This document shows, piece by piece, positions 1 through 10,500 of a stretch of 64,000 nucleotides of DNA. The stretch lies in the NCBI GenBank assembly GCA_003344405.1, contig NOWV01000001.1:1302001-1366000 (forward strand), written 5' to 3'. The stretch is from Trichoplax sp. H2. Lineage: Eukaryota. Position numbers and translations under genes: made by a program. Under the pieces are notes generated by a model that did not search any database, was not told where the DNA came from, and saw only the letters and a program-made list of their open reading frames with translations. The first letter of the stretch is position 1, and every line of letters starts with the position of its first letter.

Positions 1-560
1 TCAATACTATTTCTGGCGTATTGTCTTAGTATGAATACAATTATTTGAAATTTAAGTTTCGAGCTATCGATTGAAAGATCTGCCCAAATTTTCGACCGTA
101 TTTCTCCGACAATCTGTTATTTCTGGTTGTTACTTTCGTTCGATTATAATTATATGTTCATCAAGAAGATTGTCAGATTTGGAAATCGAAGTTGCTTGCA
201 ATTTCGGGCTCCTAATTAATCAAGTCTGGATTGCTTTCGTTCTAATAATTTGGGTAGTCCAATTTCATTCACAAGAGTTTACTTATTAATATTAATTAAT
301 ACCGGCTGGAAATTTTAACACACTAATGGTGATAACCGACGATCCAGCAAATTCTTATTATGCATCCTAAAGGAGATCAATACTCAACCTATTCGATATA
401 TTATATTCAATTCTATTGAAAGACCAGAACGAAGCTATAGCTACCTACTCAAAATTAATCTTTACTTCCATTCATTACCAATATAGCGGATACAATCCAT
501 TTTACCTGAGCGTAAAAAAACAGTTCTCTATTAATCTATTGCATTTAAAAGATCATCGAG

Positions 561-2504
561 ATGGCTATTACTAAAGCTGTTGCCGAAAGGAGATGGCAAC
601 AAGTTCGCTTATTAACTGAACTATTCTATGATGTTAATTCAAGAGATCATCGCGGATATACACCATTAATACAGACTATTTACATTGATAATGAGCGTAA
701 AGCGATTGGTGTGGCTAAATATTTGTTAAATCACGGCGCTAAAGTTGGTATCACAGACAAGCAAGGTTTAAATGCATTAATGCATGCCTGTAAGGAAGAT
801 CGCGAACGTTTAGCTTTACTCTTTCTAAGTGAGAGAGATTTTGATTTAAATCATAGCGATCATGAAGGAAATACTGCCTTAATTTATACCGCTATTACAG
901 GAAATATTATTATATTAAATAAATTGCTAGCCGAGATGAAAAAGTACAAATTAACTACGGATAAAGCCAATCGTGATGGTATTACTGCTTTAATTGCAGC
1001 TGCACAACATGGCAATATTTTATGTACTAGAATATTAATTTCTATTGGTCGCGCTTCTGTTGGTATTCGCGATAATAAATATCATCGGACCGCTAAAGAA
1101 TGGGAAACCACTCGTACTAGTCGTGATTTAGCATCTAAATCGCCCTTATTTCAACTTATTGCTGCTTCCAGTAATAATTCATCATTAACTAGTTCATTAT
1201 CTAGCTCGCGATCGCAAAGTATATCTACTCCAGTGGTATCCACTCCACGTCGTCGGCCAAGATCGGCCGTGACTAATTATCAACAATCTCGATCTGTAAC
1301 CAAAAGCCGTCCAAATGAAATCATTACAAGCAAAAAACAACCTCGAGCTGTCTCTGCGGGTCCATATCGGCGCCCATTAACTCAACCATTAATGAGTAAA
1401 CGTAATGCATCTGTGGAAATTTTACCATTACGTCAATATTCGACATTAAGTAACGATGATGGGCAAAATCAAGCAGTCTTAACACCACTAAACAAATTGA
1501 TGCTAATTTATCAAGCTCAATATGCACCGTCGTATAAGGCTGGGGTTAAATCCGTTAATGATGATAAATGTTCTGGTCGTAGTTTATCGCCAGCCAGTAC
1601 CATTGATCGTGAAAATAGTGAAACAAGTGAACTTGGCCACAGTATATCATCGATTGCAAAGCGTAGGATGAGTTTAAGTCGTCTAGTTGGATTAACTCGA
1701 TCAAGGCGTGATAGTACAGCTTCCAATAGTAGCACCAGCTCATTTAGTAAATTAGCCAAGAAAGCCTTGGCAATAACCAGATCGGAAATAAGTAATAAAA
1801 TTACCGGCAATAGCCACGATGAAAGTGATCATGATCGTAAGAGTGAAAATCGTGATGATGTTCGATTGTCACGATTTCGATCTTATTCTGATATTCGTTA
1901 TGATCAGGAAAAAAGTGAAGACGACAAAGCAAGAATTCGATCAAAATTCATGGTTAAATTTCAATTATCGCAGCGTAAAGGTGGCGATTCTAATGATCAA
2001 GAAAACGATCAGGAGAATTTCTTTCCTTCCAATAAATTGCCAACACCAATGGAGAGTTCACATCAACGCATCTTGGCAGCAACAAAGTTAGTTTCCCTTT
2101 ATAAAGAGACTAAAAATAAGACCGCACAAGATAGAAAAAATGCTGAAAAAGACCAAGTATCTAAAGAACAACATGATGATATTCATACTCCCTTAGCACA
2201 GGACGATACACCTTCCAACGAATCGAAACATTTTTCTCCTCCCTCATCTTCTCCTACTCTTTCTACTGCTGACCATCTAAACCAAGTCGAGGATGATACT
2301 AATATCGATAACCATAATGCTGAAGAAGAGAATACTATAGACGATGAAAATTGTGACGAAAATGATGCCGATCTCTTAAATAGTCGTCCACAATTTACAT
2401 ATGATACCATTGGAGCGATCAATAAATTTAGTAAACAATTTAAAATTATAAAAGATCAATCTAAAATAAGATTTCCTACCGTGATAGAAGCTGATGAAGA
2501 GTAG
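561..2504 (+). CDS. Ankyrin-repeat protein, ANKRD34-like architecture (N-terminal ANK repeats, long Ser-rich/acidic tail), single coding exon
   Basis: 647-aa ORF with ANK motifs GYTPLIQ, GLNALMHAC, GNTALIYTA and GITALIAAA in the first ~180 aa, followed by a low-complexity tail. Subfamily assignment is from architecture only. Confidence 0.85.
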   Translation: MAITKAVAERRWQQVRLLTELFYDVNSRDHRGYTPLIQTIYIDNERKAIGVAKYLLNHGAKVGITDKQGLNALMHACKEDRERLALLFLSERDFDLNHSDHEGNTALIYTAITGNIIILNKLLAEMKKYKLTTDKANRDGITALIAAAQHGNILCTRILISIGRASVGIRDNKYHRTAKEWETTRTSRDLASKSPLFQLIAASSNNSSLTSSLSSSRSQSISTPVVSTPRRRPRSAVTNYQQSRSVTKSRPNEIITSKKQPRAVSAGPYRRPLTQPLMSKRNASVEILPLRQYSTLSNDDGQNQAVLTPLNKLMLIYQAQYAPSYKAGVKSVNDDKCSGRSLSPASTIDRENSETSELGHSISSIAKRRMSLSRLVGLTRSRRDSTASNSSTSSFSKLAKKALAITRSEISNKITGNSHDESDHDRKSENRDDVRLSRFRSYSDIRYDQEKSEDDKARIRSKFMVKFQLSQRKGGDSNDQENDQENFFPSNKLPTPMESSHQRILAATKLVSLYKETKNKTAQDRKNAEKDQVSKEQHDDIHTPLAQDDTPSNESKHFSPPSSSPTLSTADHLNQVEDDTNIDNHNAEEENTIDDENCDENDADLLNSRPQFTYDTIGAINKFSKQFKIIKDQSKIRFPTVIEADEE

Positions 2505-3040
2505 TGCAATCCTTAGAAGAGGATATCACCTAGAAATAAGAACGTAAAAGAGGAGAATATTGACCAGAAATGAAGCAGATCTCTTAATTTAGGGCTGGGA
2601 CTCGACTGTGCCGAGAGCTACAGACTCTTAAATGATTGTTCACAATTTGCATAGGGTACCAATGGAGCCATCGATAAATTTAGTAAATGATTTAAAATAA
2701 AATTTCTAACCATGATGGAAGCTGACGAAAAGCAGGAGAATCTTTAGAAGGTATTTTATACGAATAATAAATTTAGAAAGGAGAATATTGGCCAGCAATG
2801 ATGCTAGTCTCTTAAATAATTGTCACAATTAGCATGCGATACCATTGGAGCCATTAATAAATTTCCTATCGTGATGGAACATGATAAAGAGTAAGGAATC
2901 CTTAGAAGAGGATATATCATACAAATAATAACGTTGAGAAGAGAAATATCGGCCCGAAATGATGTACATATCTTAAATAATCATCCGCAATTTACACTCG
3001 ATATCACTAAAGTAATCAATAAATTTAGTAAACAATTTAT
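2350..3040 (+). repeat. About four diverged tandem copies (~160-230 bp) of the segment encoding the ankyrin protein's C-terminus and stop
   Basis: The motif aatgatgc..ctcttaaata..cacaattt..gataccattggagc..aataaattt..gtgatggaa..ccttagaag recurs from ~2360, ~2568, ~2797 and ~2957 (last copy partial). Confidence 0.85.
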
Positions 3041-3669
3041 AAAAGTATTAGTAAGTTGTTTAAAAGTTTAAAATTATAAGAAATTGGTGCCTGATGCAGG
3101 CAATAATTGGATTATCATGGAGGATGTAATATCTATTCATTTTTTTCAATTTCATGCAATTCTAACCTTTATTTAAATCATTTTAATTCTACTTTGACTT
3201 TGGATTATTGAAATAATACCGGCATCTATCTTTACTGATAATATCATGTTAATATTGTATAAGTTAATATCTATTCTATTTATTAATAGATTTTAATCTA
3301 GAAAATAGAGAAGACACATCGATTAATCTTACTCAAAATATAATTATTGACGAGAAACGAGTCTTTTCCGGACTCTATTTATTTTATTTTGACTATAAGC
3401 TGTACACATTCAATTGGCATTCTAATTCTATCGATATTACTAATACAGCCTTCCATGAGTATAAAGTCAGAAAATGAAATACATGTTATCCATAAAATAT
3501 TTAAATCAAATTTAATTATATTTGATCTTTAATTACAAAATAATTTAGAACAAATTATATCCTATCCATAAAATACATCGAAATTCGATTTGAATGCTAA
3601 AGATATTTAGTGACATTATAGGCTTATAACATATAATATATATATTCAGCATTTATTATCAGCTTAAAT

Positions 3670-5551
3670 TTAAGCTGACAATAAATGCTGAATAGTAAAG
3701 TCTTTGCCCTTTTTCGATTTATGAACATCATTACTTTCTGTTGGGCATGACGACGATTGATAATTGGTTTTACCATTACTTAATAATTTGCTATGGCTTA
3801 CAGTTGGCATGGCAGCTGGCAAGGAAGGTAAATAAAATTGAAATGGATAACTGCGTAGAAAAGGGAATGATAAATGGCAAGAAGATTTCATAGCATGATT
3901 TTGATGAAGGTAATTTCTGTAGTATTCGCTCGACCAACCCAAAATGCTTGAACACGATATATTCCGACTATAATGAGGATGAGTGTTGATAGCCATAAAA
4001 TTATTCGATGTTATTGGTGCACAAGTTGACAAAGTTGTAGTCTTTTCAGGCCTGATACTACTAGAATGATTTTCTCCTTGAATATTGGATGATATGCCTT
4101 GGCATGGATTAGCATTCATTGAGTGTGGAAGAGATTGGATCGGATAATAACTTGAGCTAGACGATGACGGTAAAGATGATGATATTGCCGAAGGATTAAT
4201 AGGCTCTAACGTTGAAAGCATGGTAATGTCGCCCTTTTTAAATCGTTTTCGACGCCTGAGGAAACTTCCGCTATCGAACATGCCTTCGCTAGATGGATCC
4301 AAAGCCCAGTAATGGCCTTTGCCGGGCTGGTTCGTCTCACGTGGCAATTTGATAAAGCAATCATTTAGAGTTAAATTATGCCTATAAAAGAGCAAGTTGA
4401 AAAGATATTCTTGATAGGATTGAATTTAAGATTGTAAAATGTTATAATTTCAAAATATATCCTTATTAATATTAAATTTAATATCACAGAGTATTACAAG
4501 TTGAGAAGATATTCTCTATAAGACTGAATTTAAGATTGAAAAACATTATAGTTTTGAAGAGTAATTAAGGTTGGAAAGATGTGTTTAATGAAATTGGATT
4601 TAAGATCGCAAAAATCGCAAATATCCGCCAAGGAATTTAGTATAAGCTAGAATATTATAACTCAACTAGCATTATAGTGCCATAGAGCAAAAAATGAACT
4701 TTTGCTATTTAGATATTCCCGTTCAATAGTAAAGCATTTATTGCGAGATGGAACATGAAGTAATTTAATCTAACTATCTCATTTCATCTTTAGTTGATAA
4801 ATGCCTCGAAATATCTATTCTGAATTTCTGTCTATATTTTGGAATTTCCATTTCTAACGGTACACTGAAACAATTAGAACTATCATATTTGGCGAAATGG
4901 ATCATACTAACTGAAAATTTTATATTGGTTGCAAAATTTTGTTACCATTCTAAAAAATGGCCCAAAATAGTACTATTTTTAAACAGATGATATTAAATCG
5001 TGGCATTTTCTGCCAGTATCCAGAATTATCCCCAGACGTATGGTGATCAATGCCTTGTATAGAAAATTAACATTGATATTGGGCGCCAACTAATTTACCT
5101 ATTATCAATGTTATTCCATATTTGCCCCTGAGATCGCCGTTATTGGCGCGGTAATTTGAAATATAAAAGTATAAACGAAAAAATTTTGTCAATTCCAACA
5201 CTATCAGACTAAATCATGGTGAACAAACCTGATTGAATTTTGCCAACTTTTACATGATAGGCTGTAATAAGGAAAGTGCTTGGCTATGAATTGATAAATA
5301 TCACATAAGGTCAATTTCTTATTTGGAGAGTTTACAATCGCCATCGCAATCAGCGCGATATACGAGTATGGCGGTTTGCCACGTCGAGATAATCGCCTTG
5401 TCTTCACCTTTTGACTCAATTGATTAGTACCTTTACTTTTAACGCTAACAGTTTGATCCTTGTCCATGTTAATTAATTCGCTCTTGGATAGTTCATCATG
5501 CTCCACAGGTGATTCCGATTGTATAGTCGCTGTAACAGTTGAGTCAGCCAT
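3670..5551 (-). CDS. FoxE: Forkhead box transcription factor, FoxE class; exons 5551-5229 and 4381-3670
   Basis: Spliced product reads [17 protein letters not shown]...[21 protein letters not shown]...[10 protein letters not shown]...[24 protein letters not shown] and HNLTLNDCF are typical of FoxE. The GT-AG intron 5228-4382 (phase 2) restores the frame. C-terminus has an eh1-like FTIQHLL. Confidence 0.85.
4393..4610. repeat. Three diverged tandem copies in the FoxE intron
   Basis: aagttgaaaagatattc..tgaatttaagattg recurs at ~4394, ~4498 and ~4568. Confidence 0.65.
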
Positions 5552-7568
5552 AATATCAAATTTTGAAAACCGCAAAGACTGAAAATTGGATTGAATATAG
5601 AAGAATCATAAAATTGGACTATGTATAGATAGAACGGAGAGTGACTACTTAGAAATAGGAACAATAATCATAAGGACTATTGAAATGCTGCAACAACTCT
5701 ACTTTTCTGGCAATCTTCTTAACTACTATTTTTGATAAGAATCAATCTACAAATGAAGAAATGAGAATATTAATATTTCTCTCAACTTGTCAGTTAACTC
5801 CTTCTATGTAAGGTTTTTATACCTTTCTTATCACGGAAGACCAGATGAGCCGATTATTATGATTATAAGCATGTTATTTCTTTTTAACACATTATTGTTT
5901 TCATCATAATTTAACATCTTGATATGTACTGGGTTGGACGGTTAACTTTTGCACCTTTGCATTATAATTTGTACCTAGCAATTGTTTACGTATATTCAAG
6001 GGTTGCTAGTAGAAAAGCTATGAGCTAAAGCCTTGTTGAACGTTGTAAATAAACTTCATCGAATCTTTTTGCCCTATTTACCCTTTTCATAGTATTCATT
6101 GTCATGCTTAATTCAGACATACACAATATTTCCGGACTCATCTCTAATCAATTCTTAGTACTCTACTAAAACTAGAATCTAGAATTCAATTCTGCTGGAA
6201 AAAATTACATAATTAAGAATATGAAAAATGTCTCTATTAAACAATAATATTGACTACTTTGCACAAGTCAGTTCAGCTCGATGATTTTCAGGTATCAATA
6301 ATTCTATGCTATTTGTCATGTTTCACGTATCAAGCTAAGCCATAGATAGTTAAGATACTCAACAATCATGCAACAATGTTCGATCGACTATAACAGGTAA
6401 AATTATAAATCTATCAAAATGATACACAAATAGGCAGTATATCATCGATTAATTACACTTGTGAATCAGTTTGTTGATTGGCTATTGTGTGAATTGGGCC
6501 CCAGACGTTAAAAGTCTCTGCATGTCATCATTTTAATAGTTTATAGGACAATCATTAATAAGATTTATATTGCAATTCTATATGATAAAATTTTTAGCAT
6601 GTAACAAAATGAAATGGAAATTAAATAGGTTACTAATAACTTGTGAATTTTTCGCATAATAATTTTATCATGAAATTAGCATGGTTTTGAAGTATGAAAT
6701 AACCGTAGTAATTGCCTGCTCATGTTATGAATGAAAATTAAGCTATAGTTTTCTATCAAGAGAGTCGTTGAGCCCTTAATATTATTGTTTTGAAATCATA
6801 TATACACTATCTTAATACTTTCGTGCAATCACACCTTGGAAAATTCTCCAAAATAGAATCACAGATTGTATATTAGCAAGCAAATAAGATGTTTCATTTC
6901 CTAATTATGCTTTCTAATGCCAATGTAAATCAGACTGTTTTTATTTCTTAAATTCATTGACAACAAATAAGAATCCTTCAACCAACAATTAAAAAAATTG
7001 ATGGAATATATAGCTTTTAGAGTAATGTTGATTCATAGTAAAATGGATCTTATTTAGCGATGCAATCAGTTATCGGTTGATAAAAATGCATATTATTTTT
7101 GATTAGAAATGTAATCCGTCAAAGTTATGTACATTATTATTATGATATGCCTTTAGATTTCATACCTTTAGGGCAAAACTTTCCACATGTTATTCAATTA
7201 CTTTCATTACCGGTTATCGGTAACTGTTTACATGCAGTCAACGTAAGACAAGCAAAATTTTCTTTTTAAATACTGGGGCACTTCAACTAATTTCGGTGCT
7301 AGAACTTGCACCTAATCAATTCTTAGGGAAAGTTATGCTCCGCAGATTATACACAACACTGAGTCAGTGTCAATATTATCATTTTGGATAAGTAAATAGC
7401 TGTATAGCAATGTAACATTGACTATGCGTTCTTTGCTATAAAAAGATTCTATCTAATTCCAGATTTCATCATTTGTTATCAAAAGCAAATACTGTACGAT
7501 ACAATCATACGAGCAAGCAAATACTATTCTAGGATGCAAGATTTCGTTCTATAAAGTTAATAATCTGA

Positions 7569-10500
7569 TTAAGGTTCATTTTTTTTCGGTATTGATATCG
7601 GTAATAAATTTTTTCCTTTTCCTTTACCTTTTCCTGCAGTCTTCGAAGAATGCTTTACCTAACAAATAACAAAGTTAGAATCAATCATGATTTATGAGTT
7701 ACATTATTACCGAATTCGAACACGAATGAATAAATCAAGATAAAAATGAAAAAGCTATCCTAGTTCATAAAATTTGCGGAACTAACTCGATTATAAATAA
7801 CAACACCACCAGCAGCTAATGTCATTCCGATTGCATTTGCTGAAGTGATAGGATTCCGAAGAATGGCTATTGATATAACTATCACAAAAATCCTTTTAGT
7901 CGCACTTGCTACTGAATAACTTAAGGGATTGATCGTCCATAATATTGTGAAAGCTATTATATTTTGAAGAAAGTTGATGAAACCATTTAGAAATACCAGA
8001 AAGGTGATCCAGTATGGATCTAGGTCCGCATACTAAATTAAAGCAATTTTCTGATCATTAGTTATAGATTGTTTCGTTCATAGCCATTCGTAACTTTAGT
8101 ACAGCCTAATTACTATAAAAGCGTTTCATTTATACAATATGGATATCGTACCGTATCTTTCTCTTCGAGTATAGGCATAACATCAAAAACGAACCAAATT
8201 GGGAGCATCAGGCTAGTAGCACTTCTTGACATGGTATGCAGTAATCTTAAATGATGGACCTTAACATCGGACAAGACCTAGATAGTAGATATAGATATTG
8301 AATTAATCTTTAAGAATTAAGATCGAAGAGTTTTGTAAAACTTAATGAGTATTTTCATAGTGAGAGTGGAAATGTTTATCAGCCATACTATATTATACTT
8401 GTACATATCAAGTATTTGACATTACTGAATTAAGATAAAATTTCAATTCTGTGAAGTCGGTATAATGATTAAGAGATTAAGTCGAGTATAGAATCTACGC
8501 ATTGTTAAAACTTTTATTCTGTGACTTTTTTCATAGCATTGCACTTACTTTTTTACTATAAACGTTTTGTAAGGCAAAAGAAAGCGTTGATAGTACACAG
8601 CTAATTAGGCCGATAATATCAAATTCTATTTCTGTAGCGGTAGCTAACATAACTCCACCAACGATAGGAAGTAAAGATAAGTACTCCTAAAAAAGGTTAC
8701 AATAAGTAAAATGATTAGATCGATAAAAATATTAATCAAACAAACCGTGATAAGTAAGACTATGGTTGGTATTTCGAATCGATATGTCAACAATTCGCTT
8801 ATGCTTAATGAAAATATAGCTGCTAAATGTTAAATATGCACTACAAGATTAGGCATTATAGACTACATAAATTTCATGTCTTTTCATCATATACATCCAT
8901 TAAAGTACATCAATCAGAGACATCTATAGCCACTGATGATACTGCACTAGTGATTTACTGTATGAAGGGATCTATATTTAATATCCTCAAACAAAAGATA
9001 GCGTCCTGTACATTGTTATTGGGAATGCTTTCAGTTTGGATATTTCTTATTAGCTCTATCTAGATATTTTTCTTCTAACAAAGCAATAAATTAGCCTTTT
9101 CCTAATAGCATATCCTAAATATCAATGTATTACATAGCATCCTTAACATTATACGTGTAATAATTTACTTATTGGACACAGCTGTAGTATTTCAGTCAAA
9201 AACTGTAAATATAATATAGTCAGTAGCAGTAGAATTTAAATAACAAGACTGTGTTGCTGCATAGTTTCGAGTAGTGATTCGATATCTAGTAGACAGTACT
9301 ATAAAAAATACGCCTACTTAAACTTGTACGAAGTAGCTTTAATTGGTTACACTTTGTTCTCATATCTATAATGGACGAAACTTAATACAGTAAAGGAACG
9401 TTTACAGTATTTGTATTTACTGGTCTCTATGCACAATATATTCATACAGTATGAACTGTGCTTGCTTGTTACTAATAGTGCTGACGTCTTGCGATATGAT
9501 AGACACTGCTGCAGTCCAGCATGTACACATATTTGTACTATATAAATATATATCGCAAACTTTTACTCCCGAGGATTTAATCATCCCTAGCGGACTCTTT
9601 TGCTATATTATATCGTCATTGATGTTATGATTTGCTTACAATTTAGAACTAGTATTCTATACTTATGCGTTATTAAGTATGGTAGCAGTATGATTTTGAA
9701 TATCAAATTTCATGCTTTACTGTGCTTATCTTCCTATCTGTACACTAATGCCATCTCTCTAATACCCTTGGGCATTATTAGAAGACGCAAAGTTTATTAA
9801 TTTTGATAATATAATGCTTCAAAAAATAAAATGTACAAATTATCAAAGTATTAGATCCATATAAGGATTATTTAGCAATACTGCTAAAATTGTCGAAGAA
9901 AACATTTTCTTAACGTTTTCTTTAAAAAATCTTTTAAGTTGGATATTTTTCAAGCATACACTTGTCGAGTGACTGATGTCTGCAAGCCGAAATTTAAGTG
10001 ATCAATACATAGCATCCAGCACTTTCGTGCGCCAGGTATTGACTTGTAAATGGAAAGTAGTAGCCTTCTCTACTCACCTTTACAGTATATGTAGCACCAA
10101 GGACTAGCTTCGCCATAATAACGGTAAAGAAAGGCATTAAAGCCTAGAAGAACATAATAAATGCAATGGAACGATTATAAACATAATATGAAATAATAAT
10201 AAGTGCAAAAAGAAACGAAATATCTAGTCTCAGGATTCATGATTGATATTTTAGCAGTAATCCATATCACGCTTGTCACCTATGTTATTGTACGCTCTAA
10301 AATGGCCTTTTGCGGCTCGTAGTTGCAATTAACCTTATAAAACAAACCATTCATAAGCTGAATACTATTGCGATAAATATACGACAGGCTTCTAGATTAT
10401 AATGAATTTTGTGATAGGTGGATATCTCGTATTTTCAAATACCGTCCATGCGCTATTTCTTAGTACGCAGCATTTAAGTGGTTAGCTAAGCATTAAGTAA

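Noticed and set aside
1324-2422. Antisense and alternate-frame ORFs over the ankyrin gene (likewise over PABP, fukutin and the VMAC-like gene)
   Set aside because: These are shadow ORFs of real coding exons with no recognisable motifs.
2502-2520. Stop-codon readthrough into the duplicated C-terminal repeats
   Set aside because: A second in-frame TAG follows three codons later, and the copies contain indels and stops.
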